Shown piece by piece: positions 63,412 through 64,000 of a DNA stretch of 64,000 nucleotides (the stretch's first letter is position 1; each line of letters starts with the position of its first letter). The notes beneath the pieces were generated by a model. The model saw only the letters and a program-made list of their open reading frames with translations. It made no database searches and was not told the origin of the DNA. Origin of the DNA: Macrostomum hystrix (lineage: Eukaryota; Animalia; Platyhelminthes); contig CATNEN010000038.1 of NCBI GenBank assembly GCA_950097015.1, forward strand, positions 30,132,001-30,196,000, written 5' to 3'. Made by a program: the position numbers and the translations under genes.

Positions 63412-64000
63412 CGCTGGTTCAATGATGAGATTTTGAGACCACGGGTTCAATGGTGAGATTTTGAGACCGCTGGTTAAATGGTGAGATTTTGAGACCACTG
63501 GTTCAATGGTGAGATTTTGAGACCGCTGGTTCAATGGTAAGATTTTGAGACCACTGGTTCAAGGGTGAGATTTTGAGACCACTGGTTCAATGGTGAGATT
63601 TTGAGACCACTGGTTCAATGGTGAGATTTTGAGACCGCTGGTTCAATGGTAAGATTTTGAGACCACTGGTTCAAGGGTGAGATTTTGAGACCACTGGTTC
63701 AATGGTGAGATTTTGAGACCACTGGTTCAATGGTGAGATTTTGAGACGACTGGTTCAATGGTGAGATTTTGAGACCACTGGTTCAATGGTGAGATTTTGA
63801 GACGACTGGTTCAATGGTGAGATTTTGAGACCACTGGTTAAATGGTGAGATTTTGAGACCACTGGTTCAATGGTGAGATTTTGAGACCACTGGTTCAATG
63901 GTGAGATTTTGAGACGACTGGTTCAATGGTGAGATTTTGAGACCGCTGGTTCAATGGTGAGATTTTGAGACCACTGGTTCAATGGTGAGATTTTGAGACG
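63412..64000. repeat. 28-bp minisatellite (GGTTCAATGGTGAGATTTTGAGACCACT), runs off the window end
   Basis: At least 21 units. Confidence 0.97.

Overview
AT-rich, intron-containing animal genomic DNA. The polyQ-rich GC-rich exons and minisatellite-filled introns resemble the flatworm Macrostomum; that attribution is inference only. About 55 kb (8367-63266, minus strand) is the 3' part of a dystrophin gene. I traced 19 GT-AG exons that join in one open frame of 8284 nt (about 2760 aa): spectrin repeats, WW, EF-hand, ZZ, coiled coils and the ancestral delta-exon-78-type tail. The 5' end lies beyond the window. A RASL10-family small GTPase with an uninterrupted coding region (1330-2088, plus strand) converges on it. 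Most introns hold a 16-52 bp minisatellite, often touching a splice site. Two tRNA-derived SINE families, a hAT-like MITE and a foldback element with a nested insertion are also present. The best leads are: (1) a fully paired tRNA-Ser-type gene with anticodon TTA (would read the UAA stop) in the last dystrophin intron, beside a decayed Leu-type tRNA; (2) a duplicated exon end that forms a candidate in-frame 24-nt micro-exon; (3) two candidate internal first exons for short dystrophin isoforms. All calls were made by eye; no searches were run.
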